Assembly (NCBI GenBank): GCA_028534125.1
Contig: CM052816.1
Coordinates: 63,056,001-63,120,000 of the forward strand
Length of the DNA: 64,000 bases
Source: Lama glama
Taxonomy: Eukaryota
Reading direction: 5' to 3'
Shown here: piece after piece, positions 39,561 to 50,950 of the stretch
How positions within the stretch are numbered: position 1 is the stretch's first letter
Layout of the letters: the number at the start of each line of letters is the position of its first letter
The notes under the pieces: model-generated
Told to the model about the DNA's origin: nothing
The model's database searches: none
Seen by the model: only the letters and a program-made list of their open reading frames with translations
Program-made: the position numbers and the translations under genes

Positions 39561-41261
39561 TTGATTTTTTTAGTGGGAGAGAGGAGGAAACAATGAATCA
39601 ATGTTAAAAGAAAACTGATACTGGACTCCTTGAATATTTATTCTAGCCAGTTCTTCCTTGCAGTGCTTCAGGGGAAGAAAATACCATAGACTACAGGAGC
39701 ATTAGCTGTATTGATTCATGATCCTTCCTTTTGGGACATTCCTTTTGGGACCCGTGCCTGGTGTGAGGAAGAGCATTGAGATGCCTAGTGCTGCTGCAAT
39801 CTGTAGGAAGAGCGTTTCGCCCAGCCCTCTTCCGGACTGAAGTGGCTTTCCCTGAGCACAAGCAGCTGACCAGGGCCAGGGCTGTGATCTCCCTGGGCTC
39901 TCCCCACTCCTCCGGGCTTATGGTGTTATGCCTTTCCTGTTTATGAGGTTTACTGATTAGAAAAGTGGTCTACTGATGCTGACTTTCCAGGGGAAGAAAA
40001 GACAGAGGAACACAGTGTACCTTGTTAAAGTAAAGGACAGTTAGATTCTTCTACTTCTTTACACAGAACGCTCTTCTGCCCTTTTCTTCTAAGCTGTCTT
40101 TTGGTTATACCTATAACATGCATTTTATAAGCATGGTTTCAAAAGCACAGCATTTTTCAAGTATATGTGCACATTATTTTGCCAGTGTATTCTGACCTGG
40201 GGACAAGTGAAATGGCTTTTGTTACAGCTGTTCTTGTTATACTGATCACACGTCACATACGTCACCCTTCCCATCCCTTTGAGTGAGTGAGTGAGTGAAC
40301 TGAGAAAGCATCCCCCTTAAGTAGCTTGTTAAGTGTGTTCAGAGTGAGTGCTCTACACTAAATATACCTTTACTTCCCTTATATAAAATGTGCCCTCTTT
40401 TGTTCTTGGTACTTCATCTGCTTGTTTCGTACAAGTATTGTGTGAGTGTATGTTTTAATCATTGAAATCTATCACCAAGACTGCTGTTGTCAATTGTTTA
40501 TTTACTTTTGGAAAACTTGAAAGCAAAGCAAACCAAAACCAACAACAGAGACATGAGAACTTAGAATTTCCTAAGAATGACCATTTTATGTCAGTTTAGT
40601 TTTATGCAAGAGACAGACTCCGAGTATCCACAATTTTTAGCCATTCCTTATTTCAAGTCAAGCATCTGGATAGAGACAGTTTAGCAGTATAAGCAGTCTG
40701 GTTAGCTAGCTATAAACACACGGGTGGAATTCATGAATATGAGAGGGCCCCACGCCCAAAGGCAGAGTGCAGCAGGAATATTTTAGGTTACCTGAGGTGA
40801 GTAATTGTATTTTTCTTTATTTAATGAATGGAAAGTAAACCTGGTGCATAATAATACTTTTTGCAAATGTAACAAATAATGAACAATTGAAGGAATAGTG
40901 CTTTGTTGAAAGTCCATGCAAAAAGACTGCTGTCCTAATTCTTATATCCAGGGCCTGGACCTTCCTTCGCGGGAGGTCTTCTTTCTTCTGGGATTTTGCA
41001 GCTATTTGTGAACTGGATTTTTTCTTCTTCTCAATATCTCAATACCTCGTTATGTTGCCTTCAGACAACGGGGAAATAAAAGAATAAGCAGGCAAGCATG
41101 TAGAACACAGGCTCACTTGTCCAAGGTTATTCAGAAGTAGGAGAAAAGAGCAGTTTTAGAGGACTAGACAGTTTCTTTTTTATTAGGATACATAATTCTC
41201 TTTTTCATTAGGACATAGTTTTTTAATGGTACAATAAAGAATTTTAATATTAAAAAATTTC

Positions 41262-41655
41262 TGTATTGCCTTAAGCAGTTCTTATGACAGTGTGTAATTA
41301 TCAAACCTGCAGATATCTCTGGCATACACTGATGAACATTTATTTCTCCTTTATACATCTGCAGGTTGGCTGGGGCTCAGATAATCTAAGCTAGGCATGT
41401 CTGACCTTCATTTGCTGTTCATTCGCTGGAACCAGTGGGTGACTCAGGGCATGTTCTTTCCTTGGCAGTAGCAGAGATAAAAGGCAGCATGCCGCAGCTG
41501 AGCACATTTGGAGGCTCTGTTTGTGATGTGTCCACCAAAAGTCCCATTGACCAAAGAACATCACATGGCTAAGCCTGACATCAGTAGTGTTGGGAAAGTA
41601 ATTTTTCCGTAAAAGTAGGGTGTGTGTTTACTGAGCAATGCTATGATCTTCTACA
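41262..41655 (-). mobile_element. MaLR LTR (MLT1J-like)
   Basis: catttatttctc...ctgcaggttggctggggctcag...tcccattgaccaaagaacatcacatggctaagcctgacatcagt. Confidence 0.7.
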
Positions 41656-41720
41656 CTTTTTTTCTCAAAACTTATTAAACCTCTTCTTATTTTAGCTTAG
41701 TTGTGCTCTGTGAAGCTTTT

Positions 41721-42087
41721 TTTAAATTGAAGTATTGTTACTGTACAATATTATATGTTATAGGTGTACAGGATAGTGATTCACAATTTTTAAAGGTTAT
41801 ACTCCATTTATGGTTAATGTAAAATACTGGCTACATTCCCCGTGTTGTACAATACATCCTTGTAGCTTATTTATACCTAATAGTTTATACTCTTGTTCCC
41901 CTACCCCTATATTCCTCTCTTCCCTTCCCACTGATAACCTCTAGTTTGTTCTCTGTATCTCAGTCTGCTTCTTTGTTGTTATATTCACTAGTTTGTTGTA
42001 TTTTTCAGATTCCACATATAAGTGATATCATACAGTATTTGTCTTTCTCTGTCTGACTTTTTTCCCTCAGCCTAATGCCCTCCAGGT
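41721..42087 (-). mobile_element. 5'-truncated artiodactyl L1 3' end with TSD
   Basis: attgaagtattgttactgtacaatattatatgttataggtgtacag...gattccacatataagtgatatcatacagtatttgtc; TSD tctgtgaagctttt (41707-41720) vs tctgtggagctttt (42088-42101), 13/14. Confidence 0.88.
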
Positions 42088-42320
42088 TCTGTGGAGCTTT
42101 TGAAGGAAATGGTCTCTCTCTAGGTGAAACTGAAAAGTGTAAACTTCCTTAAGTTCTTGGAGGTGATGGGATACAAAGGATGTTTAAGGAGTTTTGAAAG
42201 ATAAAGAGTAAGCATTTAATGTAGCAGTAGTTGCAGTGGTAATAGTTGTGCAGAATGCAACCCTCGGGATTCATCCCCATGAAAGAGTGCTAGAAGAGGT
42301 CTCATAAGTCCTGTCTACGC

Positions 42321-42820
42321 NNNNNNNNNNNNNNNNNNNNNNNNNNNNNNNNNNNNNNNNNNNNNNNNNNNNNNNNNNNNNNNNNNNNNNNNNNNNNNNN
42401 NNNNNNNNNNNNNNNNNNNNNNNNNNNNNNNNNNNNNNNNNNNNNNNNNNNNNNNNNNNNNNNNNNNNNNNNNNNNNNNNNNNNNNNNNNNNNNNNNNNN
42501 NNNNNNNNNNNNNNNNNNNNNNNNNNNNNNNNNNNNNNNNNNNNNNNNNNNNNNNNNNNNNNNNNNNNNNNNNNNNNNNNNNNNNNNNNNNNNNNNNNNN
42601 NNNNNNNNNNNNNNNNNNNNNNNNNNNNNNNNNNNNNNNNNNNNNNNNNNNNNNNNNNNNNNNNNNNNNNNNNNNNNNNNNNNNNNNNNNNNNNNNNNNN
42701 NNNNNNNNNNNNNNNNNNNNNNNNNNNNNNNNNNNNNNNNNNNNNNNNNNNNNNNNNNNNNNNNNNNNNNNNNNNNNNNNNNNNNNNNNNNNNNNNNNNN
42801 NNNNNNNNNNNNNNNNNNNN
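42321..42820. other. Assembly gap (500 N)
   Basis: Run of exactly 500 n. Confidence 1.
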
Positions 42821-44029
42821 CATCAGTTACTGACTCTCTGCTGTCACCTAAGTCACCAGCCAAGAATGGTACTATGTGCTGAAGAAACTCAGCAACAGGT
42901 TAACACACAAGTAATTATCCTGAAATGTTGTCCTGCTTTAAGCCACTCTGCCATCAAAAGCATTGGAAGTGTTCCTAGCAAATGTGAACAATACTGGTAA
43001 ATATTTATGATTTTTTAAATGATTTATGTGAAAGACTTTTCACTAAGAATAACAGTTTCTAGATCAAAGGCACTAAAAGAAATTCTGGTTTGTCATTAAC
43101 AGCCAGTCACAAAAAGAAAGAACCAGGAATACAGTCACATCCACACACTCAGGTTGGCACAGCACCCTCACACCTACAGAATTCCTTCATCTCCACGTCA
43201 ACCTCTGGTAACAGCTGAGGCTTAGTGGTTTGAACAGGTTAAAGACAATGAAATAAACAAAGGGATAAGGCGGGGAGATGTAAAAAGAAATGTAATTTCA
43301 ATTACTTCACCACTCATGTCTCACATTCATCTTACCATATTTATTTATCCTACAAGTAAACTTTCTGGTTATTCAACTAGTCAGGGACAGTCAGACACAA
43401 AGCCAGGTTCTCTTATTCCTCTGGTACCATTTCTGCCACATTTCTTTTGATGATTCTCCTCTATTTGGATTTATTTCACAGCCCCAACCTTTCTAGGCAG
43501 AGGACTTCTAACAAATGGACATCTATTTTAATTAAGCCAGAAGAATCTGTGTTAGAAATCAAAAGCAATTAAAAATCACATACCACCTCTTCATCTGAGG
43601 TAATCTTACTCCAGCAATTACTGGCTCAACTAATAACGTAATGATGCTTCTAGGTTATAATCTCCTAGGCAGCACCTCAGTTTAATGTAGATTTTTTTAT
43701 TGCTAGAAATAAGTTCTATTTGAAGATATCAAACTGTGTACAAAGCTACATTCAAAATACCATGAAGATGATGGAGCCTGAAGCCAGACAAAAAAATACA
43801 ACCAATGAGTGGGCAAATAAAAAATCTGATTAAAAATTAACCATGACAACAGACATTGCTAGTCTATTTCTTCTAGCAGTGTTTCCACCTGTATGTGGTT
43901 TTTCTCCCACCCCACCACCAACATGCTAATTCAGCTCATGCCATCTCATACCTAAAAATGCTGCTCGTGAGTCTGCCATGTAGGTTTTGCTCCTCCAATC
44001 TGTCCTCAACGTAAAGTAAAAGCAGTAAA

Positions 44030-44090
44030 GGAACTAACAATTATTAAGCCCAAACTAAGTTAATACTAGCTCCACAGACACACAGGAACG

Positions 44091-44125
<35 letters not shown>

Positions 44126-44320
44126 TACTAGTCAGTGTTCTCCAGGGAAACAGAACCAACGGGATAATACAAAGGATTTTTCAGATGTATTTTCTCATTT
44201 AAACCTACACACTTTGAGGTGAGTAATCATCTTCCCATTTTAGATGAAGAAAGTAGGGCTCAAAGAGGTTCAGCAACTTGCCCAAGATCATGCAGCTAGT
44301 AAATAACAGAACCCAAAATA
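44030..44320 (-). mobile_element. MIR SINE carrying an inserted (CA)n and MLT2-terminus segment at ~44062-44166
   Basis: ttctcatttaaacctac...cccattttagatgaagaaagtagggctcaaagaggttcagcaacttgcccaagatcatgcagctagtaaat. Confidence 0.75.
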
Positions 44321-45299
44321 TCAACCCACAATCTTTTCCATATCTAGTCTAATCGCATTAACTAATCCACATCTAAACCACATTCCACACCTACAGAATG
44401 TGGTCAATCACATTTTTGTAGCACAACTGGCAAAAGTAACTCCTTTGAGATCTATGCCAAATCCGATTCCTATGCAAGTGATATGAGATTCGTGATCCTG
44501 TCCCTGCCTTGCACACTCTACTTCCCCCACGGGGAACTGTCGCCAGTCTTGTGAGACCCAGCTTCGGTCATGTTTTATCTTTTATAGGAAACTCGCTCAT
44601 TTCACAGCTTGATTTCAGCATCTTTCTTCTGCTTTGCTATGCCCATAAGCATACCTCTATTACAGCATATGTAATCCAATCTACCATTTATCTGTCCCCG
44701 CAAAAAACAGTGAGCTATTGAAAAACAGAGCTGTATTTTGTTCATTATTCAGCACACACTCACTTTCCCACTGCAGGCTTCCCGCCTAAAGCAGGTGGAG
44801 CTGGAGCAAACAGAAGAAATAGCACTAAATCAAGTTTAAAGCTTTCATCATACCTGAGACTAGAAATTCTACTGAATTGAGATGGAGGTTGTGACTTAGG
44901 TGAATAAGAGAATGTCACTTACTCAAGAGTGAACAGAACAGCTCTAAGATTTGATGAGTTGTTATCCAGTGGCTGAGAAAGTTTAAAAATCAGAGGAATA
45001 AAAATGTAATTTTGCATTTTAATTACAACAGGCTTGTTCAACAAACTGGTCACTTGGTATCCCCAGTGCCTAGGACTCTGAAGAAATAAAAAAATGATTT
45101 TCCTTGTCCTACATATGAAGTCTTCCCTAGTAATTTTCTAGGCATTCAGGACATCACTCATCCTTCTAACTGAGCCAGTTTTCAAGACAGCAGAACTCTC
45201 ATCTTTGGAAAAGTGAGAGGTGGGAGGAACTAACTCTGCCTTGAGAAATTATGGTCCTAGTGTCTAACATTTATTACATATTCACCACGCTAAAAAGGG

Positions 45300-45520
45300 A
45301 TGTGGTGGCCTGTTTGAGAAGCACAACAGGAGTTTACAGATATTTTATCATTTAACCCTTATACCAATCTTATGATACAGGTATCATTGCTCATCTTCTC
45401 ATTTTATGCACGTGGAAACCAAGACAAGGGAAGTAAGTGATTTGCCCAAGATCGCACTGCAAGTCGATGGAGGATTCCAACCCAGACTACCTGTCTCCAC
45501 AGCCCATATTCTCAACTAAT
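45300..45520 (-). mobile_element. MIR SINE
   Basis: tcatttaacccttatacc...ctcattttatgcacgtggaaacc...aagtgatttgcccaagatcgcac. Confidence 0.7.
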
Positions 45521-45539
45521 AAACAAGAGTGTGGCTCAT

Positions 45540-46290
45540 TTGGAGGTGGCTTCAAGGAGAATGCAGGAAGAAGGAATAGAGGGATTGCAAGCAGGCACAA
45601 GGGAGTGGGAGTGTAGAGGAGGCCAACAAACTGGGGGGATGGTTAAGAATGCCCAGGAGCTGGGCTTTAGACGAGTGAGTGACTGTCACAGGAGAGGTGT
45701 GTTGGGACCCGGCTGTGAGGGGCCACGTATGACGTGATAAGAAGTTGGAGCATCATCGCAGTCTGCAGAGTGGGGAACTGCTCTGGCTGCAGTAATGGCA
45801 GGTGGAGAGAAATTCAGAATGACTGGAGAAGCACAGCTCTGTCAGTCTCTGTTGGTGAAAGTCTGAACTAAGGCAGAGAAAGGGAAGTAGAGAGGACAGA
45901 GGCTTGCATTCAAAAGACAGCTCTGAGGTAGAAGCAACAGGCATCAATGAACAACAAAATAAGAGGAGTAAATGGAAGGCAGGGGGAAAGGGTGACTCTA
46001 GGGCATAGCTGGGGGACTGGCTGGATGGTGATGGCACTGAGGAACAGGTTTGCGAGGGGCAGGTCCGGCATGGGGCCTGCCGAGTCTCAGGAACCAGAGT
46101 GTACACACGAGATGTCTAGAGGCAGCCATGTGTGTAGAACTCCGGTGAAGGGTGTTCGGTAGAATGTTATCTGGTAAACTTCTGCTAAAAGTTTTTCTTC
46201 TAGTCCGTATTTACACACTGACATCTGGGCTGAAGCTCTGGAAGTGAATGAAATCATCAGGGAAGGGTACAGAGGAAACGAAAAGAAAAG
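45540..46290 (-). mobile_element. L2 LINE fragment
   Basis: Purine-rich antisense L2 (ctggatggtgatggcactgaggaacaggtttg...gagatgtctagaggcag...ggaagtgaatgaaatcatcagggaag). Confidence 0.55.
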
Positions 46291-46490
46291 GGATTTTTTT
46301 TCCCTTTATTTTCAATATTTAGGAGGTGGCTTCAAGGAGAATGTACTTGTACTTGGTTTCTTTTGATTCAAATACCTTTTATTATTATTCTATGAATTCT
46401 GGCTGGATAGTACTTTTACTAATTACTTTTTATTCTTTATTTCTCTACTCCTCAGTGGATTTTTTTTCTACAGCAAATAGTAGCTCCATA

Positions 46491-46495
46491 GACAC

Positions 46496-46540
<45 letters not shown>
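46491..46540. repeat. (CA)n microsatellite
   Basis: Seen directly; a second (CA)n lies at ~44092-44123. Confidence 0.95.
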
Positions 46541-46542
<2 letters not shown>

Positions 46543-47029
46543 TAGTCAGTCTCCAGTGATACAGAATCAACAGTATTTTACAGGTACGTAAAAAGATTTT
46601 TTTATAAGCAAATGACTCAAACAATTATAAAGACTGAGAAGATCTGCTGTCTGCAAGCTGGTGACCCATGAAAGCCAACAGTGTAATTCAGTCTGAGTCT
46701 GAGGGCCTGAGAATCAGGGGGCTGACGGTGTAAGTCCCGGTCTGAGTCCAAAACCCCAAGAACCAGAAGCACTGATGTCAGAAGGAAGGAGATGGATGTC
46801 TCAGGTCAAGGAGCAAAAATGAAGCCATCCTTTTCGTTCTACTCAGGTTCTCAATAGATTGGACGAGGCTCACCCACACTGAGAAGGGCAATCTCTTTAC
46901 TCAATCCCCTGATTCAAATGTTAATCTCTTCTGAAGACACCCTCACAGACACACCCCAAAATAATCTTTTACTAGCTATTTGGTCATCTCTTAGCCAGGT
47001 CAAGTTGACACGTAAAATTAAGCATCACA
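46541..47029 (-). mobile_element. ERV-L 3' LTR (MLT2B-like)
   Basis: attagtcagtctccag...ctgtctgcaagctggtgacccatgaaagcc...caagttgacacgtaaaattaagcatcaca, directly followed by the reverse polypurine tract agtccaccccttgtcaac. Confidence 0.88.
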
Positions 47030-48635
47030 AGTCCACCCCTTGTCAACCTGGCAGCTAAATGCATCTCCTTAAACAACAGTTAGTCTCCAGATAAGGACAA
47101 TAACAAGGTCATAATTCCATCTACCACCTTACAACTATCCTGCAGACAACCAAAAATGCACTAATGCCTTCCCCAGAAAAAGGGGCAAAGTCCTCGAGAG
47201 ATGTTCACTTTTCTTCCAATACCCAGTATCTCAACTACTATGAAGTAAAATCAACAATACTTACATAGCAATATTAAGACAACACAGCTTACCTTACATG
47301 ATGAAGGAATAAGAGAGCAAAGAAAAAGATTTTATACACAAACCCATACACACAATTGTATTCATAAAAAATAAGGAAGAAACATTCATGACAATTACAG
47401 TCCTCGTTTTTGTAGCTGGTCACGTGGGTATAGCTGACATTTACAACTACCTTCGTCTACCAGCCATTCTGTATCCTCTTTGCCTTCGCAAGTACCTCAG
47501 CTGGTCACAGTTCTTTACCTGGCAGGGTGATGCAGCCTTCTTCCCTAAAGGGTCTAGTCCTACTGGGATGGAGTGTTTCTCCATTGACCTTATTTACAGG
47601 GCATGGTAATGCTAGAAGACGACCTAAGGGATCTCTATATTCTAGACACACTCTTCCTTCCCTCCATTGTAAAGAAGTAATCCAGTCTCCCCTGATAATC
47701 AAGATCAATCACTCTTGCCAGCACAACCACTCCCTTCCTTGTTTGTTGAGTCAGAGGCACGAGGAGTCCGAAGTGGCCAGGTCTTAACATCCAGTTCAAC
47801 AGAACCACTGTCCCTGGTAGAAGTATCCCTCCCTCTGGAACTAAGACCTCTAGGCCAGCAACACACAACATTACGAACAGATAGCAACAATTTTGCTCCT
47901 AGGTTACTACCACAGGTAATAGTGAGTAGTGCCACTCCCATTTCCATCCTGGATCTGTAAACCCTGGCTATGGGAAAAACAGCACCATGTACTGTATGCT
48001 GATTTCAGAGCACATACAGCTTTCTGGAGAACCTGCCTCAGTCCTGCAAGGAACTGTCGCCTAACTGGCACAGTAACTTAGTCTTTAAATGGCCATTCTA
48101 CCACTCTATCAAGCCAGCTGCTTCAGGCTGGTGGGGAACATGGGAAGACCAGTGAATGACATGAGCATGGCCCCATCACCATACTTACTCTTCTTTGAGG
48201 TGAGTTCCTTGATCAGAAGCAATGCTGCATTCAAATCTATATGCAGTGTCTGTTCCAGTAAGAACAAAGCACTGGCCCTCTCCGATGAAAGTGGTTCAAT
48301 GTAATTAATCTGCCACCAGGTAGCTGGCTGACCATGCCAGGGAATGCTGCCACATCATGGGCTCAGTGTTGGTTTCTGGCAGATGGAGCACTCAGCAGTG
48401 ACCATAGACAAACTGGCATTAGTGCGTGGAAGTTCATGTTGCTGGGCCCATGCATAACCTCCTTCTCTGCTATGGTGGCCACTTTGTTCATAAGCCCATT
48501 GGGCAATGACAGTGTGCCTGGGCAAAGGTGCTGACTGGTATCCACATAACAGGTTATCCTATCCACTTGGTTACTAAAATTCTCCTCTGCTGAAACCCCC
48601 CTTTGGTGAGCACTCATAGGGGAACCCATGCACAC
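47030..48635 (-). pseudogene. ERV-L internal region: decayed pol (RNase H end, integrase) and dUTPase
   Basis: ORF 47635-47871 AGLEVLVPEGGILLPG...PGHFGLLVPL.QQ..KGVVVLA.VID.DYQG (ERV-L dUTPase); ORF 48363-48635 SAHQRGVSAEENFSNQVDRIT..VDTSQ (ERV-L pol); frameshifted. Confidence 0.88.
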
Positions 48636-49809
48636 ATATAAGTTTGTTCTAATTTTCTTTCTAAAGTGTACATGACTCCATGATGTCTAGGGGTCTGTCT
48701 GATCTGAAAAGGCACCAGGTCTCACTTTATAAGGATTTTCCTCTCAATAGCTCATTTTATTATCATTACAGTACTTATTAAGCATTAGATTACAGACAGA
48801 ATTTTTAGAAATTGACTTACAGTAGCCAGATCCCTTTTTGGCAAACTATTGGGTAATGAGCAGCTGGAATTTTCTTTGTCTTAGGCAGTAATAACATCTC
48901 AGGCTTTACTGAGCCCCACTGGCTGAGTAAACACAACAGGAAATGCATTATCTATATTGGTCTTCATTAATAATTAACAGAATTACAGGTGCATGATGCG
49001 TCTAGGCTTCCCAGCTCACATCAGTGAAAATGGCACACGGTTGCCTTCTCCCAAAAGATCACAAGTAAATGACTGTCGCTGACTGGATGTTTTTAGTTAA
49101 TTTGTGTGACCTTCTTGTGCTGAAGCTGGAAAATGAGCTAAATTTTCAATGTAGACAAACACGCAACAGTTTGTGAATGTTTTGTTCTTAGGTGCTGAAA
49201 TTGCATCAGATTCATTATTTAACTTCCTCCAGACATATAAAGAAATAATTATTACTAAATGATTCTAAAGTCCCAGGAAAGGAAATGAGCACCAGAGTAT
49301 CTTACAGTCAAATCCAATTTTTTATTTTGCTCACTTTGCCAATCATCCACTCTGACTCATCCTTTTCCCCCGCATCACTATTTTTCTCTCACTCTTTTAT
49401 GTAGACATTTCATTCAGTCATTCACAACAAATAGTTAATAGCACTGATTGTACTTTACCAAGCAATCAATAATCATCATTTTTAAATAATAACTCATCAT
49501 ATTTATAAAAGCTCCCTTAGAACTTTTTAAATGCTTTCAAAAACATTATCTTATTTTTATAGTATATGCAAGCCTCTGTAGAAATATAAAGAAGACTGAG
49601 ACCCTGAATTTAGCATGATAAAGTCTAAAAGCAAAAGTAAAATATTTAGCACAAATAATCAAACTATGCCTCAGAAAATAGAAGCTCATGCTCTTCTCGA
49701 CTCAGAGGTCCCTGAAGGCAGGGTCCTAGCCCCTTCCTCTTGATTGCCAATATCTAGCCACAGTTGGCACAGGGCTTGCTGACTGAGTGAAGAGTCCTAA
49801 GAAAACTGT

Positions 49810-50320
49810 CAGTCTTTCCGTCCTGTGTGTCACTAACTGTGCTGAAAGCCCAAGATAGGGCAATGAGGACAACAGACCAGGTCCCTGCCCTCGTGGCACT
49901 GATATTCTATTGGGAGAAACAGCCACTAATATGGAAGCAAACAAAAAAACTGTAACAGATCTGAAGAGTTCGATGAAGGAAGCAACAGATAAATGGAGTC
50001 GGAAATGATGGAAGGTGAGCAGAAAAGGGGGGTAACTTAAGAGGTTCAAAGAAACTCTGACCTGAGAAGAATGGCATTTAAAGTGAATTAAAAGGAGCCA
50101 ACCATGGGAAGATGTAGGTAAGGAGCATCCAAGACAGAGGCAGCAGTAATTGCAAAAGTTCTGAGGTGGGAAAAGCATACAGAAGGAATTGTAGGAGGAC
50201 AAGAGCACAGCAGAGACCAGGTGGACTCCCAGTAAGAGGGGAGGTACTTCGGTCTAAGAAGGTGACAGTGGAGATGGAAAGATACAGGTGAGTAGGTTTG
50301 AAATGACCTTGAGACATGGT
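49810..50320 (-). mobile_element. L2a-like LINE fragment
   Basis: cagaccaggtccctgccctcgtggcactgatattcta...aaggagccaaccatgggaagatgtagg...gcaaaagttctgaggtgggaa. Confidence 0.75.
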
Positions 50321-50587
50321 TTCCCTGCTCTTAATTCTCTTATAATATCTCAGTTGCTTTTTATCTTCTAGTAATTCTTTACGTTTTTCAATTTTCCAAT
50401 GTACTTATAGATTTATTTCAGTTTGGTGGGGGGAAGTGGAAAATAACAAATCTTTTCTGATATTTCAAAGAATGTTGAGTAGAAGTGATAACAGACCTAC
50501 ATTCATGTACATAAAACACTTTCAAGTAAGCAAAGTTTGAGTTGGCAGTATTCTTATTTTCCCAATCTTATCCTCTCTTTTTGATGA

Positions 50588-50950
50588 GTATCTTAACCTG
50601 GGTTCCCTAGAAAAAAGAGAGGGAAACAAAAACTAATTTCTTTTCAGGGAGTGTGATCCAGGAAGCAGGAGTGAGGGGCAGAGAATGAAGTGGAAAAGCT
50701 GAGAGACTATCAACAGCAAGATGTAGGATGGAGATGGCTACTGGAGAGGGGACCCTCTGGGAAGTCATATGAAATGGATTTCAGGACCGTCTGAGGGGAG
50801 AGGATAGAAAAGGAAGCATTCATTCACCATCTGGCTTCCTATTTGTCAAAGATTCACCCTGTAAGACTTGAAATCCCTGCACTTCTGAGTTGTGCCTGTG
50901 AACCCAGAGGCAGTTCCCATAGTGTCCTGCTCCCCAGGCCCTCATCACCC
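50588..50950 (-). mobile_element. ERVL LTR16-like
   Basis: tatcttaacctgggttccctagaa...gggagtgtgatccaggaagcaggagtgaggg...ccctgcacttctgagttgtgcctg. Confidence 0.6.

Noticed and set aside
39725..39751. 14-bp tandem duplication ttccttttgggac(a)
   Set aside because: Ordinary slippage duplication with no functional evidence.
49726..50208. 160-aa ORF
   Set aside because: Overlaps a decayed L2 and has no recognisable domain.
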